Part shown: positions 49,041 through 61,023 of the stretch, piece after piece
Numbering within the stretch: position 1 is the stretch's first letter
How the letters are laid out: the number at the start of each line of letters is the position of its first letter
Source: Lytechinus pictus
Lineage: Eukaryota
NCBI RefSeq assembly: GCF_037042905.1
Contig: NC_087251.1
Location: 27,406,001-27,470,000 of the forward strand
Direction of reading: 5' to 3'
DNA: 64,000 bases
Translations under genes and position numbers: made by a program
Notes under the pieces: model-generated
Told to the model about the DNA's origin: nothing
The model's database searches: none
The model's input: the letters and a program-made list of their open reading frames with translations, nothing else

Positions 49041-50755
49041 CAGTGCGTCCCACAAAAAACGAAACCGAGATTTATCGATGATTTATCATAACTTAATCGC
49101 AAATACAATAGACAAATGACCTACCATTTTAAGGACGTTCCACAGTTAAAGTGAAATCCATGTCATTTTCACCAAACTTTGCACATAGATAATTTAGAAC
49201 CTTAATATTCGAAATATGCAAAAATTAACATAGGTCCATGTGCTTGATTTTTTGCTATAGAGCTTCAAAGTTCACCCAAATTGATGTTCTTAAGAATTGC
49301 GCATTCAAAAGAATTTGGCATTTTTAGACCGCCCAAGATTACTACAATGAGTTTAAACCTCCATTATTCCTTCAAAATACATGAAAAAGTCATCAAATTT
49401 CGCAAGAGAGTTAATAATTGTATCGTTAGAATGGAGAATCTATTAATAGTGCTGTTTGTTTGCAATTTTAAGTTTAACAGCACTGTCAGTTCTTAAAAAT
49501 GGCGTAAAAGATAACAAAATCCCAATCTGAAAAATGTAAAATTTCAGTAACAAACTACAAACGTACAATAAATGCTGCACTTTATTCAAAATCCATGTCA
49601 TTTTCACCAAAATTTGCAGAGTTGTAGAGGAAGGTATACCTAAGAGGTACAAATATTAAAGAATAGGGGTTCATGTACTTGTTTTTAAACTATCAGCATT
49701 TTTATTAGAGCAAATGTGCTTTTTAAAACACCAAAAATGGGCCGAATGCTTAGTATCTATGGGAAGAAAAAATCAAAACCACTCTACTATTTATTCAAAC
49801 TCGGGCTAATATTCGTGATTCTTGGCAGCACTGCAGAGTAAAGTATTTTGAAATTGTAGAGAATTTTTTTTGAATGGTCCATGGAATAATTCAATTTTTT
49901 AGCTTCATGAAATAACGCATCGGATCTGCAGTTAAAGTGCAGAAGATGAGAAAAATCAGCTCATTACCGCAGCTAATTAATACCATAAGATCATAATGCG
50001 CACAAATATAACTGTGGAACATCCTTAAAGCTTAGAATCTCCTCTTTCATCTGAAATTACTTAGATTATTTCTCATTCACGCATTAGTGAGCAAAAACAA
50101 TTTGAAAAGGGGATACCAAAAAGTCACTTGGCGGGCCGTATCTGGGTTTTAAAAAGAAAACCACATTTTTAAAAAGTTCAATATCTGCTCTTTAATTTGA
50201 TACCTCAATTACAGAAAATGGTCAAGAAATAACAAAGTTCTGGTTATTTGAAATGAGGCTTGAATTTCAATAATTTTATAAAATGACGAGGTTTTACAGG
50301 CCAGCGTTCAAACTCACTCGACACTCTGTTTTGTTGACGATCAGCCATGCATTAAGTCTTTTGTTACCGTGCGATAGCTTCTGTGGGAAACCGGTGAAAA
50401 CACGTTTATTTAATGAAATTATGGAAATACAAGCATTGTTTCGAGGGATCATAACTTTTTTACTACTTGACCATTTTCTGTGATTTAGGTATCAAAGAAA
50501 AGAGAAGATATTGAACTTTTTAGTCATGTGATTTTCTTTTTGAAATTCAGATACCCCCCGCCAAATGAGTTTTTGGCATCCTTTCTTCGAATTGTTTTTG
50601 CTCAATCATGCGTGAATGAGGAATAATCTAATTAATACCAGATAAAAGAGGAGATTCTAAGCTTTACATTGGTAGGTCATTTGTCTATTTTATTTATGAT
50701 TAAGTTATGATAAATCATCGCTTAATCTCGGTTTCGTTTTTTCTGGGACGCACTG
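49041..50755. mobile_element. Non-autonomous Tc1/mariner-like element
   Basis: Long TIRs cagtgcgtccca...aaacgaaaccgagat / atctcggtttcgtttt...tgggacgcactg with TA flanks. The left TIR is interrupted by a younger insertion. Confidence 0.8.
49133..50024. mobile_element. Kolobok-like element, short relative of 36594-41831, inserted into the mariner-like TIR
   Basis: ttaa|ggacgttccacagtta ... taactgtggaacatcc|ttaa. The interior is similar to the centre of the large foldback element in reverse orientation. Confidence 0.8.
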
Positions 50756-51037
50756 TATACTGTGTCCATAGTTGCGAGTGTGTGAAAATGAAGGTGTTTG
50801 CAGTCATTAAAGTGTAGTTTTGGTTGGAAAACGTTAATAAAACTGTCGAGAACGTACAGTCTTCATGATTTCATTTATCTCATGTTCTGATCAGTAAATC
50901 AAATTAAAAAAATGATAATGACAAGAACTTGTTAAGTTTATCCTTCTATTTCAATCCCATGAATAAACAGAAATCGCGATATTCAGAAATAATAAGTCAT
51001 ACACCTCCTTTTTTCCTCAAGCTCTCACTCACTCCCC

Positions 51038-51074
<37 letters not shown>

Positions 51075-52297
51075 TCCATAACCCTTTTCACAATCATTTT
51101 TGTATGATTTCCGCATAAGCAAAACGACGACGACAATGATAATGATGGTGATGATGAAGATGTTGATAATGATGCTGATGATGATAATGGTGGTACAATG
51201 ATAATGATAATAAGTACATGAACACAAGTTTTCTTCTCATATAGTTCATTCTTAGAAAATACATAGGCGGCCATATACACATGAAGGTATATCATTTATA
51301 GAAGAAAATCTTGTTTGATTGATTTTTTTATTTTTTGAAACTACGTGTAAAATTATATCCCCCATCAACAACAAATTGTTACTTACATTATAACATCATA
51401 ATGAATATAATTCGACTATTGGCGGACCATATTTAGATTTAGATTAAGATTTATTCATTTTCCGTTCACAAAGCACAACAAAATCAAAGTAACAATACAT
51501 AGTCAAATTTAAAGTACAATATCAATCGGAATAATGCATAAGAATTAGAACGTATAAACAATGAGAACCAATGCGAACTAAAGTAACCTTGACTAATAAC
51601 TATATAAAACAGAACATATGGATTTAATTTTTGGATTATTTTTAAAAATTTAATTATCCTTTTTCTATCAGTGAAGAAAACAATCATGATCAACATAAAA
51701 CAAAAACCAACTCACTATTATTTACAGTATTATCATAATCTAAAAACCTACGGTGTGTATGACATGATGTGGATGTGGAGACCAGACTGAGAGCACTGTA
51801 TGTACGAGCTAGGATATGGAAACCAGAGTGGAGGGGTGTGCCGAGAAGGTGACACGACATGTAGCCGTTCACAAGTTGGTATTTTCTTGAATATTAATTT
51901 TTACTTACTGAATGTCTTGGTCATGTTTGTGTGGCACAAAATTTGCCGACAGTAAACATTTTGCGTGACTACAGTACAGGTTTTCCACAAAATAAGGTGG
52001 GGTATACCGTTGAATTTCACCTGGAGCAAATGTCTCCACTTCAGAGCATATTTCGCCAGTCTGAGCGATTTTGACGCTAAGAATGGGGTATGTCTAATTT
52101 GTTTCTACTGCTATAACATGGAGCTATATGGTTATAATAATTACATGAAAACGCGTTTTTTTTCCTTCATTTTAATCGCCAGGCACGTAATAAAACTTAC
52201 ACAAATGCTCCCCCCCCCACCATGAATAAGCATTAAGAATATCTATCCCTCCTTTGTGCTTACCCCTTTTTTTCTATTTCTTTCTAAATGCATGTAT

Positions 52298-52448
52298 CAG
52301 GGGCCGCGGAGCCGGGGGCTTTAGCCCCCCCAATTTTCCAAAGCCGTGTACAAAAAACGTAAGAATGACCATATGATTGTGATTTTATCATGGACAGCCC
52401 CCCACTTTTGACTCAGCCCTCACTTTGAAAACCGTTCCGCGGCCCCTG
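52298..52448. mobile_element. Small hAT-like MITE
   Basis: TIRs caggggccgcgga / tccgcggcccctg with a 5-bp direct repeat tgtat on both sides. Confidence 0.65.
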
Positions 52449-52589
52449 TGTATGACATGTAATATATCATGCAAGCATAGTTTAAGTTTACTTTGTAAAT
52501 TCATGGAGCTATGCTCCATGGTAAATTGACGCCTTCAGCCTGTGCTACAATTGTTATGCGTATGAAAGTACGAATAAAAAAATAAATGA

Positions 52590-52985
52590 ATAATTGTCGT
52601 ATAATCGGAGCAGATGTCAGCGGAGCAAATATCGGCGGAGCAATTGTCGCGGAGCAATTGTCGTATAATCGGAGCAATTTTCGGCGGAGCAATTGTCGTA
52701 TAATCGGAGCAGATGTCGGCGGAGCAATTATCGGCGGAGCAATTGTCGGCGGAGCAATTTTCGGCGGAGCAGATGTCGGCGGAGCACATGTCGGCGGAGC
52801 AAATATCGGCGGAGCAAATAACGGCGGAGCAAGTGTCGACGGAGCACATATCGGCGGAGCAAGTGTCGACGGAGCAACTGTCGGCGGAGCAACTGTCCGG
52901 AGCAATTGTCGGCGGAGCAGTTGTCGTATTTTGCGTAGCAATTGTCGACGGAGCAAATGTCGGCGGAGCAATTGTCATGGAACCG
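52590..52985 (-). repeat. 15-bp minisatellite array, inverted right arm matching 47181-47670
   Basis: Reverse complement of the left array with the same order of variant units. Confidence 0.85.
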
Positions 52986-53033
52986 CTGCAGCTTCCACAA
53001 TAACATTCCAAAGGTTGGTGGGCGAACTTCTTA

Positions 53034-53450
53034 AGGCGACCGCACACATTACGATCGGTCTGCGACCCGATTTTGGAATAACACGTAGTAGAATTTGATG
53101 CTAATATTGAGACATGGAATATTTTACTGTGTAATGTTCGAAATCATTGTACGAATACCTATGTTCAAATATGTGACTATGCTATCCATCCTTCTTAGAA
53201 TAAAAGCAAATTTAATATCTAGTCACAATGACGTCATAGCAGCCGTATGATTGGCTACGATTTTAAACTAAATTGGCCTTTACTAAAAAAATAAAGGCTT
53301 GCATTCTTTCAAAATGGTTATATTAGTATTCTTTCAATTAATTTCAACCTCTCATAAAATGATATGTTCCATTCATATTCTCAGAAAATTAGCAAAATGC
53401 GATTTGTTCCAAAATCGGATCGCGAACAGTCGTAAGGTGTGCGGTGGCCT
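53034..53450. mobile_element. PIF/Harbinger-like MITE
   Basis: TIRs aggcgaccgcacacattacga / tcgtaaggtgtgcggtggcct with TTA TSD. Confidence 0.75.
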
Positions 53451-53813
53451 TTAAACACAAAGCTGACGCTTAGAAAATGCTTATTTCCTCGTATATAAAT
53501 GTGCTAAAAATTAGAATAAATTGAAAGCTAGACGAGAGAAAGGTAGGCCTATTGATTTATTTCCCCTCTATAAAGTGCCGTTTAATCTGTTTCAATTTAC
53601 GGTTCTACGAACATCGCCCTTTCATATCAATTCTTAAAGCAAAAGTAAATTAAAAAGTATATACAAAAGTATACGAATCCAAGAAAGTTGTAACAAGTCT
53701 TAGACCAAGATACTTAAATTAGTAATCCTTTGTAGCCCTACATAAGCAATGGTACTAAAGGAAAGGTGACATTCTCAGCTGTAATTATATTAAAGCTCTC
53801 ACAGCCCCCCCCC

Positions 53814-53849
<36 letters not shown>

Positions 53850-54179
53850 ATGAAATAAAGTAAATAAATAAATGATAAAGAAATAAATAAAAATGATATT
53901 AAATTAGTAAATATAACAAAATATATAAAAGGGAAAAATAGACTAGAAAAACAAAACATAAAAACAACACAAACAATTATAACATGTTATTGGCCGAGTC
54001 ATGAGAAAGAGAGAACAGGTATAGTAAAAAAAAAAAAAAAAAAACCTTATCCCCATTATAATTCAGCGTTTTTAATGTTTCTGTATGGGTCTCTCAGACT
54101 GGTCAGTGGTTTAATAGCCCACAAAATGTACTTGAATCAATGCGTTGCAACAAATCTTTTTAATTCGTTTTCATAACAG

Positions 54180-54517
54180 GGAGTGACTTGAGTTCACGCG
54201 GCTACAGTAAACGTTCTTCTCGACCATCATCCGTCACTTCTTGGCTTAAAACACAAGAGGGCGCCCACTCTCAACCTCCTCGTCACTCCTCTGTTGGCAG
54301 CGAACGTTCGGTGGTGAGGAACTCCCGTCCTGCCAGCCGTGCGAGCAGCGTCATCAACGAGGGTTTCGAACCCGAGGGCGACCAGCGCAGCCAGTTGAAG
54401 ACGTCACCGAGTGTACGATCTAACGGTGGTTCGACCGTGGCGGCGAGTGAGGTCATCTATAACTCAGTAGGGGCTATGTCCAAGGCTGACCGAGCCTCGA
54501 CGGTACACGACGCTTAG
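54180..54517 (+). CDS. Type I membrane protein, terminal exon 5: Ser/Arg-rich cytoplasmic tail
   Basis: tttcataacag| phase-1 acceptor and a GC-rich frame (G)SDLSSRGYSKRSSRPSS...STVHDA*. The five exons sum to 1017 nt (338 aa plus stop). Confidence 0.82.
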
Positions 54518-54707
54518 CTGAAAAAAAATAGGGGCCAACTACTATTATTTGGACATGTTTGATGATGTTTATGAAAAGTTGATACAAAGTGGTGTAAATA
54601 TTCTTAATCATTGGGCTTATCATTGGAGGCCCCAATATACACTCTGAAAAAAAAATCTATTTAAGCTTTATCTTTTCAAAGGGGTACTTGCGGAAACAAA
54701 ATATTAA

Positions 54708-55170
54708 TGGGATGGTCCAGGCTGACGATATTTATATCTCAATAAATTGAGTAAAATTCACAAAGCAATATGTTCTTTTGTATTTTATTATATGAAATTA
54801 GGTTTATTCAAAATTGTTTTACCAATAACTAAAACAATTGGATTGACAACTGATGAAGTGCATTAGTTATTTATTGCTGCAACTTATTTCATCATAAAGG
54901 AGACACATCATTTACACAATGAAAAAATGAAACAATTATGATTTCATGTAATAACATAAGAAAAGGGAAATTGGGGATGTGACATCATCAGCCCACCTAA
55001 TGAATATTCATAAAGACATGCCTAGAACTGTTTCACCGGAATAATGCAAATCTTTAAAATTAAAAAACTTAATTATTTGATATCAAATTTTGATAAAATT
55101 TCAAACATTTTGTTTTGTGAATTTTACTCTATTTATTTCGATATAGATATCTTCAGCCCGGAGTATCCCT
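54708..55170. mobile_element. Kolobok-like non-autonomous element
   Basis: TTAA flanks; imperfect TIRs gggatggtccaggctgacgatat / atatcttcagcccggagtatccc. Confidence 0.6.
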
Positions 55171-56641
55171 TTAAGAAAGATACAAGATTCTTGTCAAAAG
55201 AGTTGATTCTAATCGTTCAAATGACAAGACATTTGTCTTTGTGACAAGAAACTTTCTTTTTTTATTATTAATTCTATGAAATGCTACAATGATAAAATAA
55301 TCTATTTGAATTTGAATATTGAGTGTACAGGATGTAGGCTACGCATGTGCAGTGATTTTTTTTGAGAGAGAGAATTTTGTCATATAGTGAACATACTGAA
55401 ATGGGAACAAAATCGCTGACGGTTTGGAGGTGGGAGACAACAATCTTTCATAGGCAGCTGTTCAAATTCAAAATTTTAGGGGGACAATTCCCCCGCTAAT
55501 GCACGTACGGCATGAAAAAATCGGTGTGATGATGTTGGATATCAATTCATCTTTTCCTTTTTGAAATCCCTCAATTTCCGATGGTTTTTTTTTCTTTCAC
55601 TTCATAATATTTAGAAAAAATTGTATATACCAGGCTAGAATTGCTTCAGGGTCGATTGTGATAATATTGACTCGGTAGTATCATATTCGAATTTCATTTT
55701 CATGCCTATTTTGTTGAACAGTACTAAATAGAAGTAAAGTAAGAAATATATTTATGTTAAGACTGTATGTAATTCTATGATATTGAATATAATGCTGTTT
55801 TCAATGCTTTAGTTTTATCATCATCTTTGTATGATACAGCTTTAATATTGAATACAGCGTTTACTATCAGAAAATCTTTAAATTGACATGAAACATAAAT
55901 GTATATACGATATATTATATCTTTGATGTTTCATTTGATAATAAAGTCGATCTGTTATGATGGTGAAATGACAACATTGATTTAGTTTACTTTGGATGGC
56001 GTTATTCTTTCGTTATACGGCTTGTTCGATTAGATAATTATGAACAAAGAACACAGGAGATAAGCCATGTGAGAATCGAATTGAGAGAGTGGATAGATAA
56101 ATCAATTATAAAATACATGCTATAATTTGTTCATCTGCATTATTTTGAGATGAAATAAGATAGTATCACAACCATGGGAATTCGTTCGGATTGAAAACAA
56201 ATAAAGCTCGTTTGACAATAACAGTATACGTGACAAATATAAACATCAGCAATTCTTTTTATTTGTTGCCGCTTCCTGAACTATTGTTTTCGTATTGATT
56301 TCAAGGTACAGTGTTGTATAATAATAATACAATTGGGGGAGGGTGCTGAGGGTTTGCTGGATACGACATACCGCTTTGATAACAAATTGTTAGAAAAAAA
56401 TCGAATAGATAATTAATTTTGTGATAGATTTGCCATGTAAAAAAAGTCAAATCAGTGAGTTACTCCAGGAAAATTCTTTGAAAAATAATATGAATTTGAC
56501 AATGCAATACAACGACCCAAGCTCAAATATCACTTGTATGGTAATTTTGGGAGGGGTATAGTACGTCAGTGTGTTTCATTTTCTAAAAGAGGTGTATTCG
56601 AACTGTGATAATTCCAACGAGTGTTAGCGGCTTATAGACCT

Positions 56642-56800
56642 GGGGCCCGTTTCATAAAGGACTTGCAACTGTTGTAACTTTGCCATTATGGCAGCTACCA
56701 TGGAATCCTTGATTTTGATTGGCTGCTGAACCCTGTTACCATGGTAGTTGCCATAATGACAAAGTTACAACAGTTGCAACTCTTTTATGAAACGGGCCCC
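56642..56800. mobile_element. Palindromic MITE
   Basis: TIRs ggggcccgtttcataaag / tttatgaaacgggcccc; nearly the whole element is an inverted repeat. Confidence 0.75.
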
Positions 56801-58165
56801 AGATAACAAGATGCTTAAGTTTACCCGAGTGTATCAATAAATGGTCAATATATCCGTACTCAATTATTGTAAGATACTAAATTCAAATTAATCGCAAATT
56901 TGCAATTGATCGATATGGAACTGAGCTTTATGTCAATATTTACACTTCTGCAGGCTTTTATGTTGTCTCGAATAAACTCTGATCGAAATTCCCATCAAAG
57001 TTGCCCATGCACAAAAGTTTGGATATTTGTCAAGGAAACAAGTCGATTATTTGCTGACAGTTGAACATTGTAATGTTTTTCAAATAATAAAAACAAATTT
57101 TAATCACCATGTGTCCATTATTTTGATCGAAAAGAAAACTTCTTTTTTTCTCGAGTATCACTACTGTATTTGTGAAAAGAGTTATATTATCGACGTTGAC
57201 AAACAGTCTGTGATAGTATATTGTGTGAAATATGTGTTGAAGATCGGAAGTTACACCCATCCTCTAGGAGTGCAATGACAATGTGTTTGACCCGTTATGA
57301 CAGAGGGCGATTTATTTATCGTTCCTGAATTTCGGGATCCGGAGGGTGCACTGGAGAGGTTGGTTAGTTGGTGATTGAGAGATATATACAAAAGTGGGAA
57401 GGGGGTGAGAGGGGGTATGGATTAGGAGAGTGGGGAAGAAATGGAGAGAGGGGGATGTGAGATAAAGAGAAATGTAATGACGATTCGAATACAATAAACA
57501 ACAACAAAAAACAATTGACATGAGAACGGGAGTGGGATGCTATAGATAATAGTGAAACAATATAGACTTATTCATAATATACGCGCCAATTTTCTATACC
57601 TACCATTTTGGTTTCTAACCCCCAAAATGATAGTAATAGGTGAAAGAAGATGGCTGAGAGTGTCACATCTGATTCCCCCACCAGCCTTGACGAAATTCAG
57701 CCCCTTGTGCGAGGAGGAGCCAGCAGTCCAGTCACTCAGTTAGCGCATTTACTTTTGAGAGTCAGACTGCCCATCAATGGGCAACACATAGGGTAAGAAA
57801 TGTCCCTCCCCAATCTAGAGCCCTGACGCAGCTTCTCATAACAACGTAAAATTGAAATATATATATATATATATAACTAATTATCGTTTCAGTTCAGCAC
57901 CAAATAACAATTCGGAGACTTAGGATAGAGGTTGAAGATTTTAAAGTATCAATTGAACTTGTCATTAGGCTAAGCGCTAATTACCCAACAGAATTAGATC
58001 CTGAAATTCATCACAGTTGTAAAATTCAAAAGGTACTACAAAGAGACGGTTCGGTGATTATGCGGCTGTCCCCAAGAGGTTTTGTATTTTGAAAATTATT
58101 ATTATTATTATTATTACTATCTTATTTATGTATTTATTTTAGGGGGTGTGGTTATTACACAGAAC

Positions 58166-58273
58166 CAGAGGCGGCGGAACATCAGTCTCGGACCAAAAAA
58201 AGTGGAGGCGCATCTTCTTTTGTCTGCCAAACAATAGGTGCCCATCCACTTTCATTACGTTCCGCCCCCTCTG
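58166..58273. mobile_element. Small hAT-like MITE
   Basis: TIRs cagaggcggcggaac / gttccgccccctctg; 8-bp TSD cacagaac/tacagaac (7/8). Confidence 0.65.
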
Positions 58274-60285
58274 TACAGAACCCATTATCTGTGCTACAAT
58301 TTATCTGATTGTTTTGTTATTGAACTAACTTCCGATTTAATTAGGAACATCCACCATTATAAAACCATGATTGGTAAAACTGAAGGTAAAGCTCGAAAGC
58401 TCCCATAACCAGTCACATATTTTCCCTTTACGTACATTAGGAAATGAGATTGGTATGAATCGGAAGAATAGGCGGCCAGGAATAATTTTCATCAATGAAC
58501 ATCTTGGATCGTAACCATACGATTCACATAGAATGAACCTTTGATAACTTTCCATGATTGCTTTGAATTCTTTTGTTTTTCGGCAGTGAATATGCATGAG
58601 GTGGTACATACCAACACCAATGTGTGCTTCAAATTGGACAATTGTTCTACGCATTTCAAATTATCTTGCTACCACCTTATCTGCAGTGATGACATTTTCA
58701 TTCATTCAAATACAATAAGACAGTTCGTAGTTCCCCGGGTAGTTCCACTCTGCGCATGATCAGAGGTAGGTCATTGGTACTAAAGTGACATGGTGGTTTA
58801 AAATTTAATGAGATAAACACCAACTTTGATGTCTTATATATTGTTTTGAACTGTATTTTTCATTTACATCCACAAAAAACAACAATGCGTCCACAAACGA
58901 CTGCAGTATTTCACAGTTTGCCAAATATACCGTATAAACATGCTATAATATGCATTCAATAGAAATGCAACAAATACCTTCATAGAGTGTTCATTGATGT
59001 GCTATTCTAATCACCTGATCTGTTCAATTTCTCCACCCTACTATGTAAGGCATGCTTACGTAATATCTTGCCTATCACAATGAAAGAAATGAAAGGTCAT
59101 TTGACCAAAATTGTCCATGAAGTAACTACGAACTGGTCTATTAATGATTGTTTCCTGTAGTCCAGGATAGGCCCCATAGAGAAGGGGTTGAACCTTGTTT
59201 TTTTAGATATACAATGTTTTTTTTTGGTTTCTTGTCAATTCGAGGGTGCTGATTCCGAATCTGAATGATGCCACTCTTGTAACCTTAAGCATTTTCCGCA
59301 AATTGGCAAAATCCAGTATGGCCGCAAAAATATGCAAATTACCCATGAAAATCATAAAATTGCCCTCATAATTATTAACAATAAAATGCATGTAGTTGTT
59401 GTGCAGAAGTTAAATACTCGTTGGAAAAACGATATTTGACAAAATATGTATTTATTGATATTCAAAATGGCCGCCATAAGCCTCTGTATACGTTATTATG
59501 TAGAATATGACTGGGGAAAAATAATTTTAAAACAAGAGCACTATTATTGCATGTTAATATGACCTACTAGTGGACTACTGTCTGAAAACATGATTATTAT
59601 CAAAACTATATCTAATGTGATAAATGCTGTATTATGATATTCAAAATGGCTGTCATAGACCCCTTGTACTGTGTACAATTATAAAAGGGGACAGATAATT
59701 TTCACAACATTTGAATTTGCTTGACTATAAAATGCCAGTAATTGCGAAATATTGGTGTAACAATGTCTGACAACACGATTTCTAACGAGACATATCATTT
59801 CCCTTGCCATTTTGGTAATTATGCTGTATTTTGACATTCAAAATGGCTGCCATAGGCCCTATCTGTATTATGAACAAAGCGAAAGGAGAAACTAATTTTC
59901 ACAAGAGTAAGAACAATAAAATGAATGTAATTGTAATCTAGGAGTGAAACATTGTCTGAACACATGTTTTCTAGCGAAACATATCATTTCCTTTGCCATG
60001 CATGAGATAAATGATGTATTGTGAAATTCAAAATGGCACCTATTGACCCTTACACTATTATCTACAATGTAAATGGGGACAAATAATTTTGTAAGAATTA
60101 GGATTTGTCTGACTATGAAATCCATATAATTCTGTTGTATGAGGAAAATATTGTTTGAAAACGTGATTTTGTAATGAAATATAGCATTTCCTCTCCCATG
60201 TAGGAGATAAATACTGTATTTTGACTTTCAAAATGACCGCTACAAGCCCTAACTAAATTATGCAACATGCGTATAGGGAAACTAA

Positions 60286-60736
60286 TACCGTGTTTACACT
60301 TAATCGGCATTTGAATCGGCTCGCGGTTCTGAACCGCGAGCCGATTCAGCATCGGCTTTTTCATAGCGTGTAAACGCGAGTAACTTGAATCGGCTCGCGG
60401 TTCAGAACCGGCAATTTGCACCACCAAAGTAGTAGGTTCTGAACCGCGAGCCGATGCAGAATCGGCTTTTTTACTACGTGTAAAAAGAAAGCCGTTTCTG
60501 CACCGGCAATTTGTGCGCATTTTAATTACTTTACCATTGTGACGTAATTGTAAGCGCACTGATCCAGCGTTGTCTTTATTATGACGTATATTGTTGGTAT
60601 GCGTATCATTTCAGGTTTTTGCATCGGCTCGCGGTTCTGAACCACGAGCCGTAACAACGTGTAAACGCAATCCAAATGCCGATTCTGCATCGGCATTTGG
60701 TTCAGAACCAAATGCCGATTAAGTGTAAACACGGTA
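60286..60736. mobile_element. PIF/Harbinger-like MITE nested in the foldback element
   Basis: TIRs taccgtgtttacacttaatcggc / gccgattaagtgtaaacacggta with TAA TSD. Confidence 0.8.
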
Positions 60737-60777
60737 TAATTTTCATCAGAATGAAAACCCAAAACGCACGTAACTAT

Positions 60778-61023
60778 TACCGTGTTTACGCTTAATCGGC
60801 TTTTGGTTCAGAACCAAAAGCCGATGCAGAATCGGCTTTTGGTTTGCGTTTACACGTTGTTACAGCTCGCGGTTCAGAACCGCGAGCCGATGCAAAAACC
60901 TGAAATGATACGCACACCAACAATATACGTCATAATAAAGACAACGCTGGATCAGTGCGCTTACAATTACGTCGGTTCAGAACCGCGAGCCGATTCAAAT
61001 GCCGATTAAGTGTAAACACGGTA
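60778..61023. mobile_element. Second, shorter copy of the same MITE in opposite orientation
   Basis: Same TIRs with TAT TSD. The interior is the reverse complement of the right part of 60286-60736. Confidence 0.8.

Noticed and set aside
58337..58759. 105-aa minus-strand ORF and overlapping plus-strand ORF
   Set aside because: No recognisable domain and no convincing splice context.
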